Below, piece by piece: positions 13,250-25,614 of a DNA stretch of 64,000 nucleotides (positions within the stretch are counted from its first letter, which is position 1; every line of letters begins with the position of its first letter). The translations under genes and the position numbers were made by a program. Where the stretch lies: positions 6,324,001 through 6,388,000 of the forward strand of contig JBNRSN020000045.1 of the NCBI GenBank assembly GCA_051313645.2, written 5' to 3'. This DNA is from Centroscyllium fabricii (taxonomy: Eukaryota). The notes below the pieces were generated by a model, which was given only the letters and a program-made list of their open reading frames with translations, made no database searches and was not told the origin of the DNA.

Positions 13250-13990
13250 GGTTTGATGGTTTTTGTTCTTTTACCTATTACTGATGTTAAACTAATGGGC
13301 CTATAGTTCCCCGGGTCTGTCTTGTCACCTTTTTTAAAGGTGGAGACGACATTATCCTCCTTCAAGTCTAGTGGAACCATTCCAGATTGCAGTGAGCTAG
13401 TGGAAATACAGGCTCGGTGCTGGCCCAGCACATGTCCCATCTCCCTGACGACTCTCGAGTGGCTATCGTCTGGCCCGGCTAATCCGTCCATTATCAAGTT
13501 CTTAATTCTTTCTAAAACAATCTGTTCACCTCTGTTAATACTGCTTTTATTGATAAAATTAGTCAATTCTAATAGTTGAGCATTTTTTTCAAGGGTGAAG
13601 ACCGGTGCAAAGTACTCATTTAATATTTCCGCCATACCCAGTGAGCCCTTTGTAATAAGTCATTGAACACTGTTCAATGGCCCAATCCACACTTTGAGAG
13701 TTCTCCCACTCTTCACAAGTGAAAACGCTTTTCCCATTGCTTCCACAGTTGTCTATAATCATCTTTTCCGTGAGCCAGTCAGCCACCTTGGCTTTTTCTG
13801 ACCACATTTTCTTCTTTTTGACTTTGGCTTCATATATGTTTTCTAAATTTTTGATCTTATTCTGAAAACCTTCCCATTTCTATTCTATGATATTACATTA
13901 AGGGATCGGTCAATAGAGATGCAGTGGCAGACATTTGGGGATATTTCAGAATACACCGAATATATACATTCCAACGAGAGACAAATTGGA
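13250..13990 (-). mobile_element. Decayed CR1 ORF2 internal fragment
   Basis: MAEILNEYFAPVFT...FKKGDKTDPGNYRPISLTSVIGK, the CR1 pre-RT region. Confidence 0.8.
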
Positions 13991-13998
13991 AGGGGAGG

Positions 13999-14272
13999 AC
14001 ACACGCGCACACACTGAAAACAACACGCACAAGCTGAAATATACACACGCACACACACTGAAATATACACACGCACGCACACTGAAATATACACACGCAC
14101 ACACTGAAATATACACACACACCCTGAAACATACACACGCACACACACTGAAACATACACACACACACAGGCTGAAATATACACACGCACACACACAAAC
14201 ATACATACGCACACACACTGAAACATACACACGCACACACTGAAACATACACACGCACACTGAAACATACAT
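13999..14272. repeat. CA-rich ~20-22-bp tandem repeat
   Basis: Unit CACACACTGAAATATACACACG, same as 12182-12320. Confidence 0.92.
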
Positions 14273-14700
14273 ATGGAACAGTGTAGAGGGAACTTTACTC
14301 TTTATCTATCCCGTGCCGTACCTGCCCTGGGAATGTTTGATGGGACAGTGTACGGTGAGTTTTGCTCTGTATCTAACTTGTGTTGTTTCTTCACTGGAGT
14401 TTTTGATGGGACAGTGCAGAGGGAACTTTACTCTGTATCTGACATGTGCTGTACCTGCCCTCGGAGTGTCTGATGTGACAGTGTAGAGGGAGCTTTACTC
14501 TGTATCTAACCCGTGCTGTACCTGCCCTGGGAGTGTTTCATGGGACAGTGTCGATGGAGCTTTACTGTGTGTCTAACCCGTGCTGTACCTGCCTTTGGGT
14601 TGAGAGATATGGGAGCTTTACTCTGTATCTGACTGGTGTTTTTCCTACCGTGTGAGTTTTTGATGGGCTGGCTTAAAGAGAGCCTTACTCTATCGATTCT
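14273..14700. repeat. ~67-bp minisatellite array 2
   Basis: Same unit as 11890-12812. Confidence 0.9.
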
Positions 14701-14864
14701 TTAGCAAACCTTGACAGATTGCAGGTCCGGAGATTCAACGCAGACAGATACACGGAACATGCGGGGCATCTTCCAAGGTTCAGTGGGAACATTTATCAAA
14801 CAGGCCAATTTTAAAATGATACGACAGGATCAGTCCAATGTGGATTGGGTTCAGTTACTTGTCA

Positions 14865-15850
14865 CCCCTCTGTCTCAGTCCCAAAGTAATACCACTGCCC
14901 CGCTTATTCCCATAGCCCAGTGTCAATCCCCAACTAATCGCACTGCCGCACTCTCTCCCCACAGCCCTGTATCAATCACCAACTAATTACACTGCCCCAC
15001 TCTCTCTCCATAGCCCTGTATCAATCCGCAACTAATCCCACTGTCCCACTATCTCCCCATAGCCCTGTATCAATCCCCAACTAATCTCACTGTCCCACTC
15101 TCTCTCCATAGCCCTGTATCAATCCCAAACTAATCCCACTGCCCCACTCTCTCCCCATAGCCCTGTATCAATCCCCAAATAATCCCACTGCCCCGCTCGC
15201 TCCCCATAACCCTGTATCAATCCCAAACTAATCCCACTGTCCCACTCTCTCAGAATAGCCCTGTATCAATCCCAAACGAATTCCACTGTCCCACTCGCTC
15301 CCCATAGCCCTGTATCAATCCCAAACTAATCCCACTGCCCCACTCTCTCTCCATAGCCCTGTATCAATCCCAAACGAATTCCACTGTCCCACTCTCTCCC
15401 CATAGCCCTGTATCAATCCCCAAACTCATCTCACTGCTCCGCTCATTCCCCACAGCCCTGTATCAATCCCTAACTAATTCCACTGCCCCACTCTCTCCCC
15501 ATAGCACTGTATCAATCCCAAACTAATCCCACTGCCCCGCCCATTCCCCATTTCCCTGTATCAATCCCTAACCAATCCCATTGCCCCGCTCTCTCCCCAT
15601 AGCCCTGTATCAATCACCAACTAATCCCACTGCCCCACTCTCGCCCCATAGCACTCTATCAATCCCCAAACTAATCCCACTGCTTCAGTCTCTCCCCATA
15701 GCCCTGTATCAATCCCCAACATATCCCACTGCCACGCTCTCCCCCATAGCCCTGTGTCAATCCCCAAATTAATCCCACTACCCCGCTCTCTGCGTTAGAC
15801 CTGTTTTAATTGCAAACTAATCCCACTGACCCACTCTCCCCAATAGCCCC
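14865..15850. repeat. ~49-bp minisatellite, about 20 copies, derived from a CR1 ORF2 terminus
   Basis: Unit CCCTGTATCAATCCCCAACTAATCCCACTGCCCCACTCTCTCCCCATAG. The minus strand reads IQGYGERVGQWD*. Confidence 0.9.
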
Positions 15851-16894
15851 GCAGGAACTTTACTGTCTAATATATTATCCTAAGATCTTTAAATCACATA
15901 TGAAATGGTCTGACTTGGTCCAAGTTTTAACACATTTCTTTTATTTTATTTCAATTAACCAAACATTTTTTATCCTTTTATTACCAAAAATATGCCAGAA
16001 AGCATCTCAGTCTGCACGATTATTGATGTTAGGTGCGTTTACCACAAAAGTCTGCCTCAAAAAACTTCTTTCTGAATACATAGTTTGGAGGGAACCATAT
16101 AGTGTGGCCCATTTTACAAATAAAACTTGATTATTTACTAAATTATTCAGCTACGTTTCCCTTCCCAAGGGCTTGAACAGCAGATCTTACCAATTTATCT
16201 CATCAATTTTAATTTCACACAGAAATTATGCCTAGACATTGTCAATTTACAAAGTGTAAAGTAACAATTGTGTTTGGATGCAAGTTGTTGTTCCTCCTCT
16301 TCCAGCAAAGTGTCTTGGGAGTAACAATCGTCCCCAATAATTTAACCCAATAACTTAAAGTCTGAAATCCAATATTGTCACCACCGCACGACCCTCGATA
16401 TCTGCCGATGCTGCAGGTAATTATTCAACCTGCTGGATCTCTTGCTCTGCCATCACCCACCAGAACCTCCAGGAAACCGTGGTCCCCTGTTTATAGGAGC
16501 AATGAAACAGAAAATCTATTGTGGCTCTGATTAAAAGCCTAATGGGCTAATTTGACAAGTCATAATCTCCTTCTGTCACCGTAGTGAAATATCCGCTCCG
16601 ATTAAGAAACTTAAATATATTATGACCCCTGTAGATTTACATGCAACAGTACAAAAGTGGGTCCTTGCTGAATGAAGAAAACATCAGTCATCGGAAAGGC
16701 TGAACTGCTTTGTGGGTTGAAAAGTAGATGGAGTGAAGCATTGTCTGACGTCATTACATCACTTCAGTTAAATTTAGGAAATCTTTCCCATAAAACAAAC
16801 TCTTTCAGTTCTTTAATTTTTTACAGCGTAAATCGGTTCCAACATCCCTATGAAATTGAAACTTTCTGTGAACGAATTCTGCTCCAATATAAAA

Positions 16895-19800
16895 TGTCAT
16901 AGCAGACCATTTGGAAAGTGGTGACATGATAGGTACAAGTCAGCAGGGATTTGTGAAAGGGAAATCAAGCTTTACAAATCTTCTGAAATTTTTTGAGGAT
17001 GTTTCCAATAGAGTAGACAATGGAGAACCAGTTGATGTGTTGTATTTGGACTTTCAGAAGGCTTTATACAAGGCCCCACACAAGAGATTGGTGTGCAAAG
17101 TTAAAGCACATGGGATTGGGGGGTAATGTGTTGAAGTGGATTGAGAACTTGTTGGCACATAGGAAACAAAGTGTAGGAGTAAATGGGTACTTTTCAGAAT
17201 GGCAGGCAGTGAGCAGTGGGGTACCGCAATGTTCGGTGCTGGGGCCCCAGCTGTTTACATTATGTATTAATGATTTGGACGAAGCGATTAATGTTGTATT
17301 TCCAAATTTGCTGATGACACTAAATTGCGATGCAGTGTGAGCTGCGAGGAGGATGCTAAGAGGCTACAGAGTGACTTGGACAGGTTAGGTTGATGGGCAA
17401 ATGTATGGCAGATGAAGTACAATGTGCATAAATGTGCGGTTATCCACTTTGCTGGTAAATATAGAGAGACAGACTATTATCTGAATGGTGACAGATTAGG
17501 GAAAGGGGAAGTGCAACGAGACCTGGGCGTCATGGCACATCAGTCACTGAAGGTGGAAATGCAGGTACAGCAGGCAGTCAAGAAAGCAAATAGCATGTTG
17601 GCCTTCATAGCGAGGCGATTTGAGGACAGGGGTAGGGAGGTGTTGCTACAGTTGTACAGGGCCTTGGTGAGGCCACACTTGGAGTATTGTGTGCAGTTTT
17701 GGTCTCCTAACTTGAGGAAGGACATTCTTGCTATTGAGGGAGTGCAGCGAAGGTTTACTAAATTGATTCCCGGGATGGCCGGACTGACATATAAAGAAAG
17801 ATTGGATCAACTGAACTTGTACTCTCTGGAGTTCAGAAGAATGAGGGGGGATCTCATAGAAACCTTAAAAAAGCTGATGGGTTTAGACAGGTTAGATGCG
17901 GGCAGAGTGTTCCCAATGTTGGGGAAGTCTAGAACCAGGGGGCACAGACTGAGGATAAGGGGTAAGCCATTTAGGACCGAGATGAGGAGAAACGTATTCA
18001 CCCAGAGTGGTGAACCTGTGGAATTCTCTACCACACAAAGCTGTTGAGGCCAGTTTGCTAAATATAGTCAAAATGGATTTAGATGAAATACTTACAACGA
18101 GGGTGCTCAAGGGATATGGCGAGAAAGCAGGAACGGGGTACTGATGTAGCATGTTCAGCCATGAACGTGTTGATACATAGATACATAGATACATAGATGA
18201 TAGGAGCAGGAGTAGGCTATTCGGCCCTTCGAGCCTGCTCCGCCATTCAATGAGATCATGGCTGATCCTTCAGTTCAGTATCCCGTCCCTGCCTTCTCTC
18301 CGTAACCTTTAACCCGTTTTGCCTGCAGAAATATATCTAATTCCCTCTTAAATATATTTAATGAGCTGGCGTCCACTGCCCTCTGTGGCAGTGAGTTCCA
18401 CAGGTTCACCACTCTCTGGGTGAAGAAATTCCTCCTCATCTCTGTCCTAAATGGTTTAGCCGTTATCCTTAAACTGTGTCCCCTAGTTCTGTACTCTCCT
18501 GCCATCGGAAACATTCCTTCTGCATCTAGTCTGTCCAGGCCTGTCAGAATTTTATATGTTTCTATGAGATCCCCTCTCAATCTTCTAAACTCCAGTGTGT
18601 ACATCCCCAAACTACATAGTCTCTCCTCATAGGTCATTCCTGCCATTCCTGGTATCAGCCTGGTGAATCGCCGCTGCACTCCTTCCATGGCAAGAACATC
18701 CTTCCTCAGATGAGGCGACCAAAACTGCACACAGTACTCGAGGTGTGGTCTCACCAGTGCCCTGTACAGCTGTAGTAAGGTGTCCTTGTTCCTGTATTCT
18801 AACCCTTTTGATATGAAGGCCAGCATACCATTTGCCTTCCTGACCGCCTGTTGCACCTGCATGCTCGCCTTCAATGACTGCTGTACAAGAACTCCCAGGT
18901 CTCTCTGTACTTCCCCATCTCCCAATCGATTGCCATTTAAATAATAATTTGCCCTCCCGTTTTTGCCCCCAAGGTGGATAACTTCACACTTATCCACATT
19001 ATAGTGCATTTGCCATGTATTTGCCCAGTCCCCCAATTTGTCCAAATCGCTCTGGAGCTTCCTGATCCCCTCCTCTGAGCCTACCCACCCTCCTAGTTTA
19101 GTGTCGTCTGCGAATTTGGAGATGCTGCATCCGATTCCCTGATCTAGGTCATTAATATAAATTGTGAACAGCTGGGGACCCAGGACAGATCCCTGAGGTA
19201 CCCCACTTGTTACTGCCTGCCATTCAGAAAATGAGCCGTTTATTCCAACTCTCTGTTTTCTATCTGCCAGCCAGTTCTCTATCCACGTCAATACTTTTCC
19301 CCTTATCCCATGCGCCTTGATTTTACATGCTAGTCTTTTATGTCGGACCTTATCGAAGGCTTTTTGGAAGTCCAGGTACACCACATCTACTGGCTCTCCC
19401 CCATCTATTTTACCAGTTACTTCCTCAAAGAATTCTAATAGATTCGTCAAGCACGATTTACCTTTTGTAAATCCATGTTGACTCTGTCCTATCCTGTCCC
19501 CATTTGCCAAGTGCTCTGCTATTACATCCTTAATGATGGACTCTAATATTTTGCCCACCACCGATGTAAGGCTTACAGGTCTGTAATTACCCGCTTTTTC
19601 CCTACCCCCCTTTTTAAATAGTGGGGTAACGTTAGCTACCCTCCAATCCATGGGCACTGTTCCCGAGTCTATCGAATTCTGGAAAATTATCCTTAACGCA
19701 TCTGCTATCTCTAGGGCCACCTCCTTGAGTACCCTAGGATGCATGTTATCAGGCCCTGGGTATTTGTCAGCCTTTAGTCCCTTTAGCTTCCCCAACACCA

Positions 19801-20060
19801 TATCCTTAGAGATATTGATTTTTGTCAGTTCCTCCCTTGCAATTGTCCCTATGGTTCCCAATATCTCAGGGAGGTTTTTTGTGTCTTCCCTTGTGAAGAC
19901 AGACCCAAAATATGCATTTAATTGGTCTGCCATTTCCTTGTTTCCCATTATATATTCCCCAGAATCTGACTGCAATGGACCGACTTTGGATTTCACCAGT
20001 TGAATGGCGGTGCAGGCTCGAAGGGCCGAATGGTCTACTCCTACACCTATTTTCTATGTA
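16895..20060 (+). mobile_element. 5'-truncated CR1/HER1-like LINE (frameshifted RT); 3'UTR interrupted by a younger antisense CR1
   Basis: [26 protein letters not shown] and LVRPHLEYC motifs across broken frames. The 3'UTR resumes at 19999 and ends in TTTCTATG. Confidence 0.92.
18174..19998 (-). mobile_element. Young 5'-truncated CR1/HER1-like LINE with uninterrupted RT ORF (18275-19996, 573 aa)
   Basis: Intact RT motifs (GVPQGSVLGP, FADDTK), (ATCTATGT)n tail, and GTTGA duplicated at 18169-18173 and 19999-20003. No endonuclease domain present. Confidence 0.96.
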
Positions 20061-21263
20061 AATATGTATCTATTTAGCCCACTTTCCTCAATGTGAAAGA
20101 CTCCTGTCTGGAACTGGCGACTCGAATGCAATTTAAAATAACCAGAATCTCGCTGTGGCCACACTGAAAGGCGGGTTTTCACCATTTATTAGATGGGTTG
20201 AACCTCAAAAGTGACAATTTAATTAGAACAATATTTTATTGATTAAACACAATACAGAACAGATAAAATGAACCAACATAGCGTTTGCACCCAATAAATG
20301 ACATCTTTCCTTTTCATTCTTCAGGGGTGATTTTCCAAATGACTCGACAATTATTGACATTCTTTGAACATTAATTTGTGTTTTCAGTGGAACAAAACTG
20401 TTAACATTCTTCACAAAACGGAAAAGAGGGCGGAGCCAGGGTTGCCCCAATAACCATCACAGAAGCTTATCACAAAGTCAGTGATCTGAACTCTTGCAGC
20501 ATTTATCAGTAGAAAAGGGACAGATTCTTTCCTTTCTCCTGCCTCGTTCCATCATAGACTACCTGAATCTAATTTCCACAAACCAATCTGCAATTTCTGA
20601 TTTTAGCTATTTCAACACATTTGGAAAATTAGTCATTGAAAAGCCAAACATACTGATTATAATTTGATTCTTCTGAAACTTGTTAATGTTATCAATCTGC
20701 ACATTTTTCACACTCTACGCTCTGAGGTCACTTTATTATCTTGAAAATTTAGATCAAATCACATCTCGCCACCTTCGTTTAAAAAATGCCAGGGAATACA
20801 TTCATATTCTGTATAATCTCACCTGGTAGATTAACCCTTGAATTTTGGAACATCTCTGCACTCCCTCCAAGGCCGACATATCCTTCCTGAGGTATGTCTA
20901 TCCAGGGATTTCTATAGCTGAAGCATTGTTCTAACTCCTTGTATTGTATTCTTGTAGATAAAAAGGTCAGCATTCTTCAGCCTTTTTGATTATTTATATT
21001 TTTTAACAGTTTGATTAATTCTAATTTGAATGATCTATGTGCATCGATCCCCAAGACTCTCTGGACCTTCACTGTTTCTAGCTGTTCACCATTTAGAAAA
21101 TATTATCCAGTTCTATCCTTTTAAGTTCCAAGGTGTCTGACCTTACCTTTGCTTACATTTAAAAATCCATTTCTCAAAGGCTTGCCCATTCAATTAAGCT
21201 ATTAATATCTCTTTGTAATTGATGTTTCCATCTAAACTGCTTAGACTGCCGCCTATCCTAGAG

Positions 21264-22004
21264 GCCAGCAGCTTTCTTAGAAATCACAGGCTTTCGGAGC
21301 GCTGTACCTTCATCAGCTGAAGTGAACAGATGCATATAGGCACATCATTTATAGTCAGAAAACACTACTAGAAGAGTAGGGATAATTTTTCTAACTGCCC
21401 TTCTTTACACGTCGGCAGAGAGACAATCACAGCAAACAATATGTGAATGGTGTCCAAACAGATCAGTAAGGAAACCATTACATCAAAGAACAATGAGCTG
21501 GAGTCACAAGGGGTCAAATGTTGCAGTGCTGGGGTGCGTATGAAAAACAAAAAACAAAAATCAAACTGGAAATCTTTTAAAAAATTGAACTTTTGTTGCT
21601 GGCAATCACTTTAAATGTTTTAATGATTTCTAGTTTGATTTTTGTTTCTTGTTTTTCATACAGACCACAGCAATGCAAGATTTGAACTCTTGTGACCACA
21701 ACTCATTGTTCTTTGATGGAATGTTTTCCTGACTGACCTGTTTGGACACCATTCGCACCTTTGATTGCTGTGAGTATCTCTCTGCCGTGGTGTGATAAAG
21801 GGCAGTTCGAAAAAGTATCTGTAATCATCTGGCATTTTTCTCCGTCTATATATTCTGAGACTATATGCATCTCTTAAGTTCATCTGAAGAAGGAGCAGCT
21901 CTCCGAAAGCTAGTGATTTGTGATAAAGTTGTTGGATTATAACCTAGTGTTGTGTGACTTCTTACATATGTCCATCCCAGTCCAACACCGGCACCTCCAC
22001 GTCA
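21264..22004. mobile_element. Non-autonomous Penelope-like element with inverted ends
   Basis: 10-bp direct repeat TATCCTAGAG at 21254-21263 and 22005-22014. Ends are inverted copies carrying CTGANGA...GAAAGC cores. Confidence 0.7.
21880..21916 (+). ncRNA. Putative minimal type I hammerhead ribozyme
   Basis: TCAT-CTGAAGA-AGGAG cagct CTCC-GAAA-GCT-A-GTGA: both conserved core boxes, a short stem II, palindromic AGCT stem III and a 4-bp stem I. Confidence 0.55.
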
Positions 22005-22439
22005 TATCCTAGAGTCATCAGTTGAATTGCAATTACAGCGCTTTGTAATTGTGTAAAGTGATTGAAAAATACAACAGGGCCTTTAAAGAGATTTGTAAAT
22101 ATAGGCCAATATTTTTAAAAGTTCTAATTAATTACCTACCACGGCAATCGTAACTTCAAGGCGGAACCTTGGAGTGAAACTGATATTTTGTGAAAGAAAT
22201 ATTTGTTTTGGATAGTCCCAGCTTTTCTGCACCAGCGTTTTTAACATAAGTTGTAGTTCAGTGAGTTATTATCCAATACTGGTCACATATTCTTAAATTA
22301 AAAAGAGCATTGCCAGTCTACTGTATTTACACTTTTATATAACCTGGAATTATAATTTCTAACGATTCTAATGACTTCGGATCTATGGTCCTCTCAACAT
22401 TTATTGAGTCTGTCACCCTTAATTCTATCGCCTTTTGAT

Positions 22440-23170
22440 ACTTTTTATACTCATCGCATATCGGGTTTATGGTGTGAGCACACCCGAGCTTAAACCCGCA
22501 GGAAGCTGCCGGTGCGCACGCTTCAGGCTTTCCTGTGCCGCCCAGCGGGGGGGTCAGAGCTTCCTGCGAGGTCCACCGCAGGAAGCATCGAGCTACAGGA
22601 GCGCCCAGACTTCCTACTGTTTTTATTAACTTTTTCTACAGACCAAGAGAAGAAAAATCAATGCTGGGAAAAAGCAGTCGTTAACACACTTTTTCAGCTG
22701 GTAAGTGCGTATTTTATTGATTTTAATTGTTGTTTCTTCAGGTTTTTAATTGTTGATAACTTTAAAGACAGGTAAATATTTTTTTAGACCTGTTGGAAGT
22801 GAGAAAAAAAATTCTGCAAATTTTTTTTTTTCTTTAATATAGGTTACTTTTGTTAGTTGGGGTAATGTTTAAAAAAGGTGGTGTTTGTAAAATTTTATTT
22901 TTGTCTTTAGGTGTCTTTTGAGATTCTCCCTTTTTAAAACTCGCACAGATTTCTCTGTGGAATTTTGAACGGAGAATTGCTTCCACTGATTGGTTCCCTG
23001 CTCAAAAGCCACTTTGCACTAATTACGCCGTTCAGAACTCGCACGGAGCTTTGACATGCAAGGCTAATGGGTATTTTTCAGTGCAAACAAGCAATACTGA
23101 AAATGGGCAATTAAAGTGCGTTAAACAGCACTGCACCCGCATGAAAGGCTCCACTGCAATTTCTGGTAAT
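22440..23170. mobile_element. MITE-like non-autonomous DNA element
   Basis: GC-rich arms with an AT-rich core. The core resembles 57230-57500 in reverse orientation (AACTTTAAAGACAGGTAA). Boundaries approximate. Confidence 0.5.
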
Positions 23171-23699
23171 TATATTTTACTTTCCCTCTTTGGAGGTGAC
23201 CATTCTCTCCTTCTTTTCTTTCCATTCATCCCTGCAATGGATCATGGAATCAAAGAGCCAAAATTGATGTGATATTCCCTGGTCGCGAGTAAAGAAATCT
23301 TCCCCCAATCTGCTATCAGATTGCTTCAGCTCCCACGTGTGTGTGTTCCTTTTTCCTGAATCCTGCTGCATTGCCTTGGATTGTCGATGGTGAAAGCAGT
23401 CTCGCTCCTGTCCAGAGCTCTTTCCCGATTGACCGATTAATGGTTGTGGTTCGACTTCAGTCCCGTTTCGACGTCTCTGTTTTTCAAACAGCAACCAGAT
23501 TAGGGCCTTCCTTCGGCTCGCCTGTGTTGCCTTAAACAGTATTCTGTTTGTTTAATTGAAAAGCAACGAGTTCCGTCGTCTGGTTCAAGTCATTTTATTA
23601 TTTAACTTCAGCAGTAAATGCAATCAGAGCAATGTACTATCGGATTAAAGTCTCAGACGGTGCAGGCAAAATTATCCCTGGGTCTTGTCTTGTTGCTTG

Positions 23700-24769
23700 A
23701 ACAATGCAAAAACTCTGGCTAATATATTAGTGATGGTCGAAGGTTGTTTTTGTGACTGGAAGCCTGTGTCCTGTGGGGTACTACAGGGATCGGTGCTGGG
23801 TGCCTTGCTGTTTGTAGTCTACATTAATTATTTTGATATGAATGTAAAGGTATGATCAGTAAGTTCGCAGATGACACGAAAATTGGTGGGGTAGTAAATA
23901 GCGATGAGGGAAGCCTCAGTCTACAGGACAATATAGATGGGTTGGTTAGATTGGCGGAACGGAGCAAATGGAATTCAACCCTGTAAATTAAGGTGATGCA
24001 TTTTGGAAAGACTAGCAAGGCAAGGGAATAAACAATGAATGGTAAGATCCTAGGGAAGACAGAGGATCAGACAGACCTTGCTGTGCATGTACATAGGTCC
24101 CTGAAGGCAGCAGGACAGCTGGATAAGGTGGTTAAAAAGGCATATGGGATACTTTACCTCATTAGCCGAGGCATAGAATATAAGAGCAGGGAGGTTATGA
24201 TGGAGCTGTGCAAAACGCTGGTATAGCCACAGCTGGAGTACTGTGTGCAGTTCTGGTCGCCACACTCTATGACGAATGTCGTTGCTTTGGAGAGGGTGCC
24301 GAGGAGATTAACCAGGATTTTACCTGGGCTGGAGCACTTCAGCTGTGAAGAAATAATGGACAGTCTGGGGGTGTTTTCCTTGGAGAAGAGACGGCTGAGG
24401 TGGGGCCTGATTGAGGTGTACAACATTATGAGGGGCTTAGATAGTGTAGATAGAAAGGCCCGTTTCCCTTGGTACATGTGTCATTAACCAGGGGGCATAG
24501 ATTCAAGGTAAGTGGCAGGAGGTTTAGAGGGGATTTGAGGAGGAACTTTTTCACCCAGAGGTGGTGGAATCTGGAACTCACTGCGTGAAAGGGTGGTAGA
24601 GGCAGGAACCCTCACAACACTCAAGAAGCATTTAGTTGAGCACTTGAAACGCCATAGCATACAAGGCTACGGACCAAGTGCAGGAAAATGGGATTAGAAT
24701 AGACAGGGCTTGATGGATGGCGCGGACACGATGGGCCGAATGGCCGCTTTCTGTGCTGTATAAATCTAT
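23700..24769 (+). mobile_element. CR1 LINE 3' fragment (second subfamily)
   Basis: FADDTKIGG and LEYCVQFWSP motifs. Close similarity to 60240-62120. Confidence 0.88.
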
Positions 24770-25614
24770 GGGCGCGAAATTGGCACCTTAGCGCCTGATA
24801 TCGGCTCAAATGGGGCAGCGCCGACATAACACCCTAATTAGCGCCGGCCGCTAAATTGGCATGATGTTTAGTGCCGGCGCTACACGCTAGTGCTGCGTCG
24901 CCTGATGACCAACGTGGCAACGCGGGTGCAACGGCCTCTGCCCGCTTTTGGCCTTCCCACCTTCGCAGCGCCAGCTTTTGCAAGAGCTGCAGCGTCATTG
25001 AGTGGCTGCTGCAGTGCTGGTAAAAGGGCCACCCTCCCTGTTCGGCCCGAGCGCGGCCAGCTGATGGGAGGAGTCGGCATCAGCGGCCAATTGATGGCGC
25101 CTTGCAGAGATCGGGACGGCTCTGTGATCACTGGCATCCCGCAGAGAGCGCGGAGAGAGGGGGCCAGCTCTCTGATCATTGGTGTCTGGGTGGGTCGCGG
25201 TGACCCCCACCTGGGGTGCCGCTGCGACCCACCAAGACGCAAATGGTGAGAGAGCTGCCCCCCTCTCTCCGCTCTCTGCAAGATGCCACTGATCACGGAG
25301 CCGGCCCCTCTCCCCGCTCTCTCCGAGACGCAACTGCTCAGAGAGCGCGGAGAACAGCTGCTGCTCCCTCTTTAAAGCCTCCTCGGCTGCAGAGGCGAAG
25401 GGGAAGCAAGCAGTTAGTCTGCGCCCGGAAATGGCCATTACCGCCGGGATATTAGCCGCCTGACTCTAGTGCAGGGCGGGAATTTGCGCCGAAATCATCA
25501 AGGCCACCGCTAGCACCAATATCTGCTGCGTCGGCGCTAATTTAGCGCTGGCGCTAAATTTTTGCACAGCGCCAAATTTACCGCCCATTTTGTGCGCTCC
25601 CGAATTTAGCCCCC
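24770..25614. mobile_element. GC-rich MITE (PIF/Harbinger-like) inserted in the CR1 tail
   Basis: Imperfect terminal inverted repeats (GGGCGCGAAATTGG...CCGAATTTAGCCCCC), 3-bp TAT duplication, and an internal inverted repeat ~25110-25165 / ~25258-25310. Confidence 0.7.

Larger units (their letters stand above)
20500..22030 (-). mobile_element. Old decayed CR1 remnant (host of the element at 21264-22004)
   Basis: Degenerate CR1 ORF2 sequence. The TDDSRIGG (ADDTKIGG-like) motif is restored when the insert is removed. Confidence 0.6.

Noticed and set aside
24880-25455. GC-rich ORFs or CpG-island promoter of a gene
   Set aside because: They lie within a TIR/TSD-bounded MITE and show no recognisable protein motifs.
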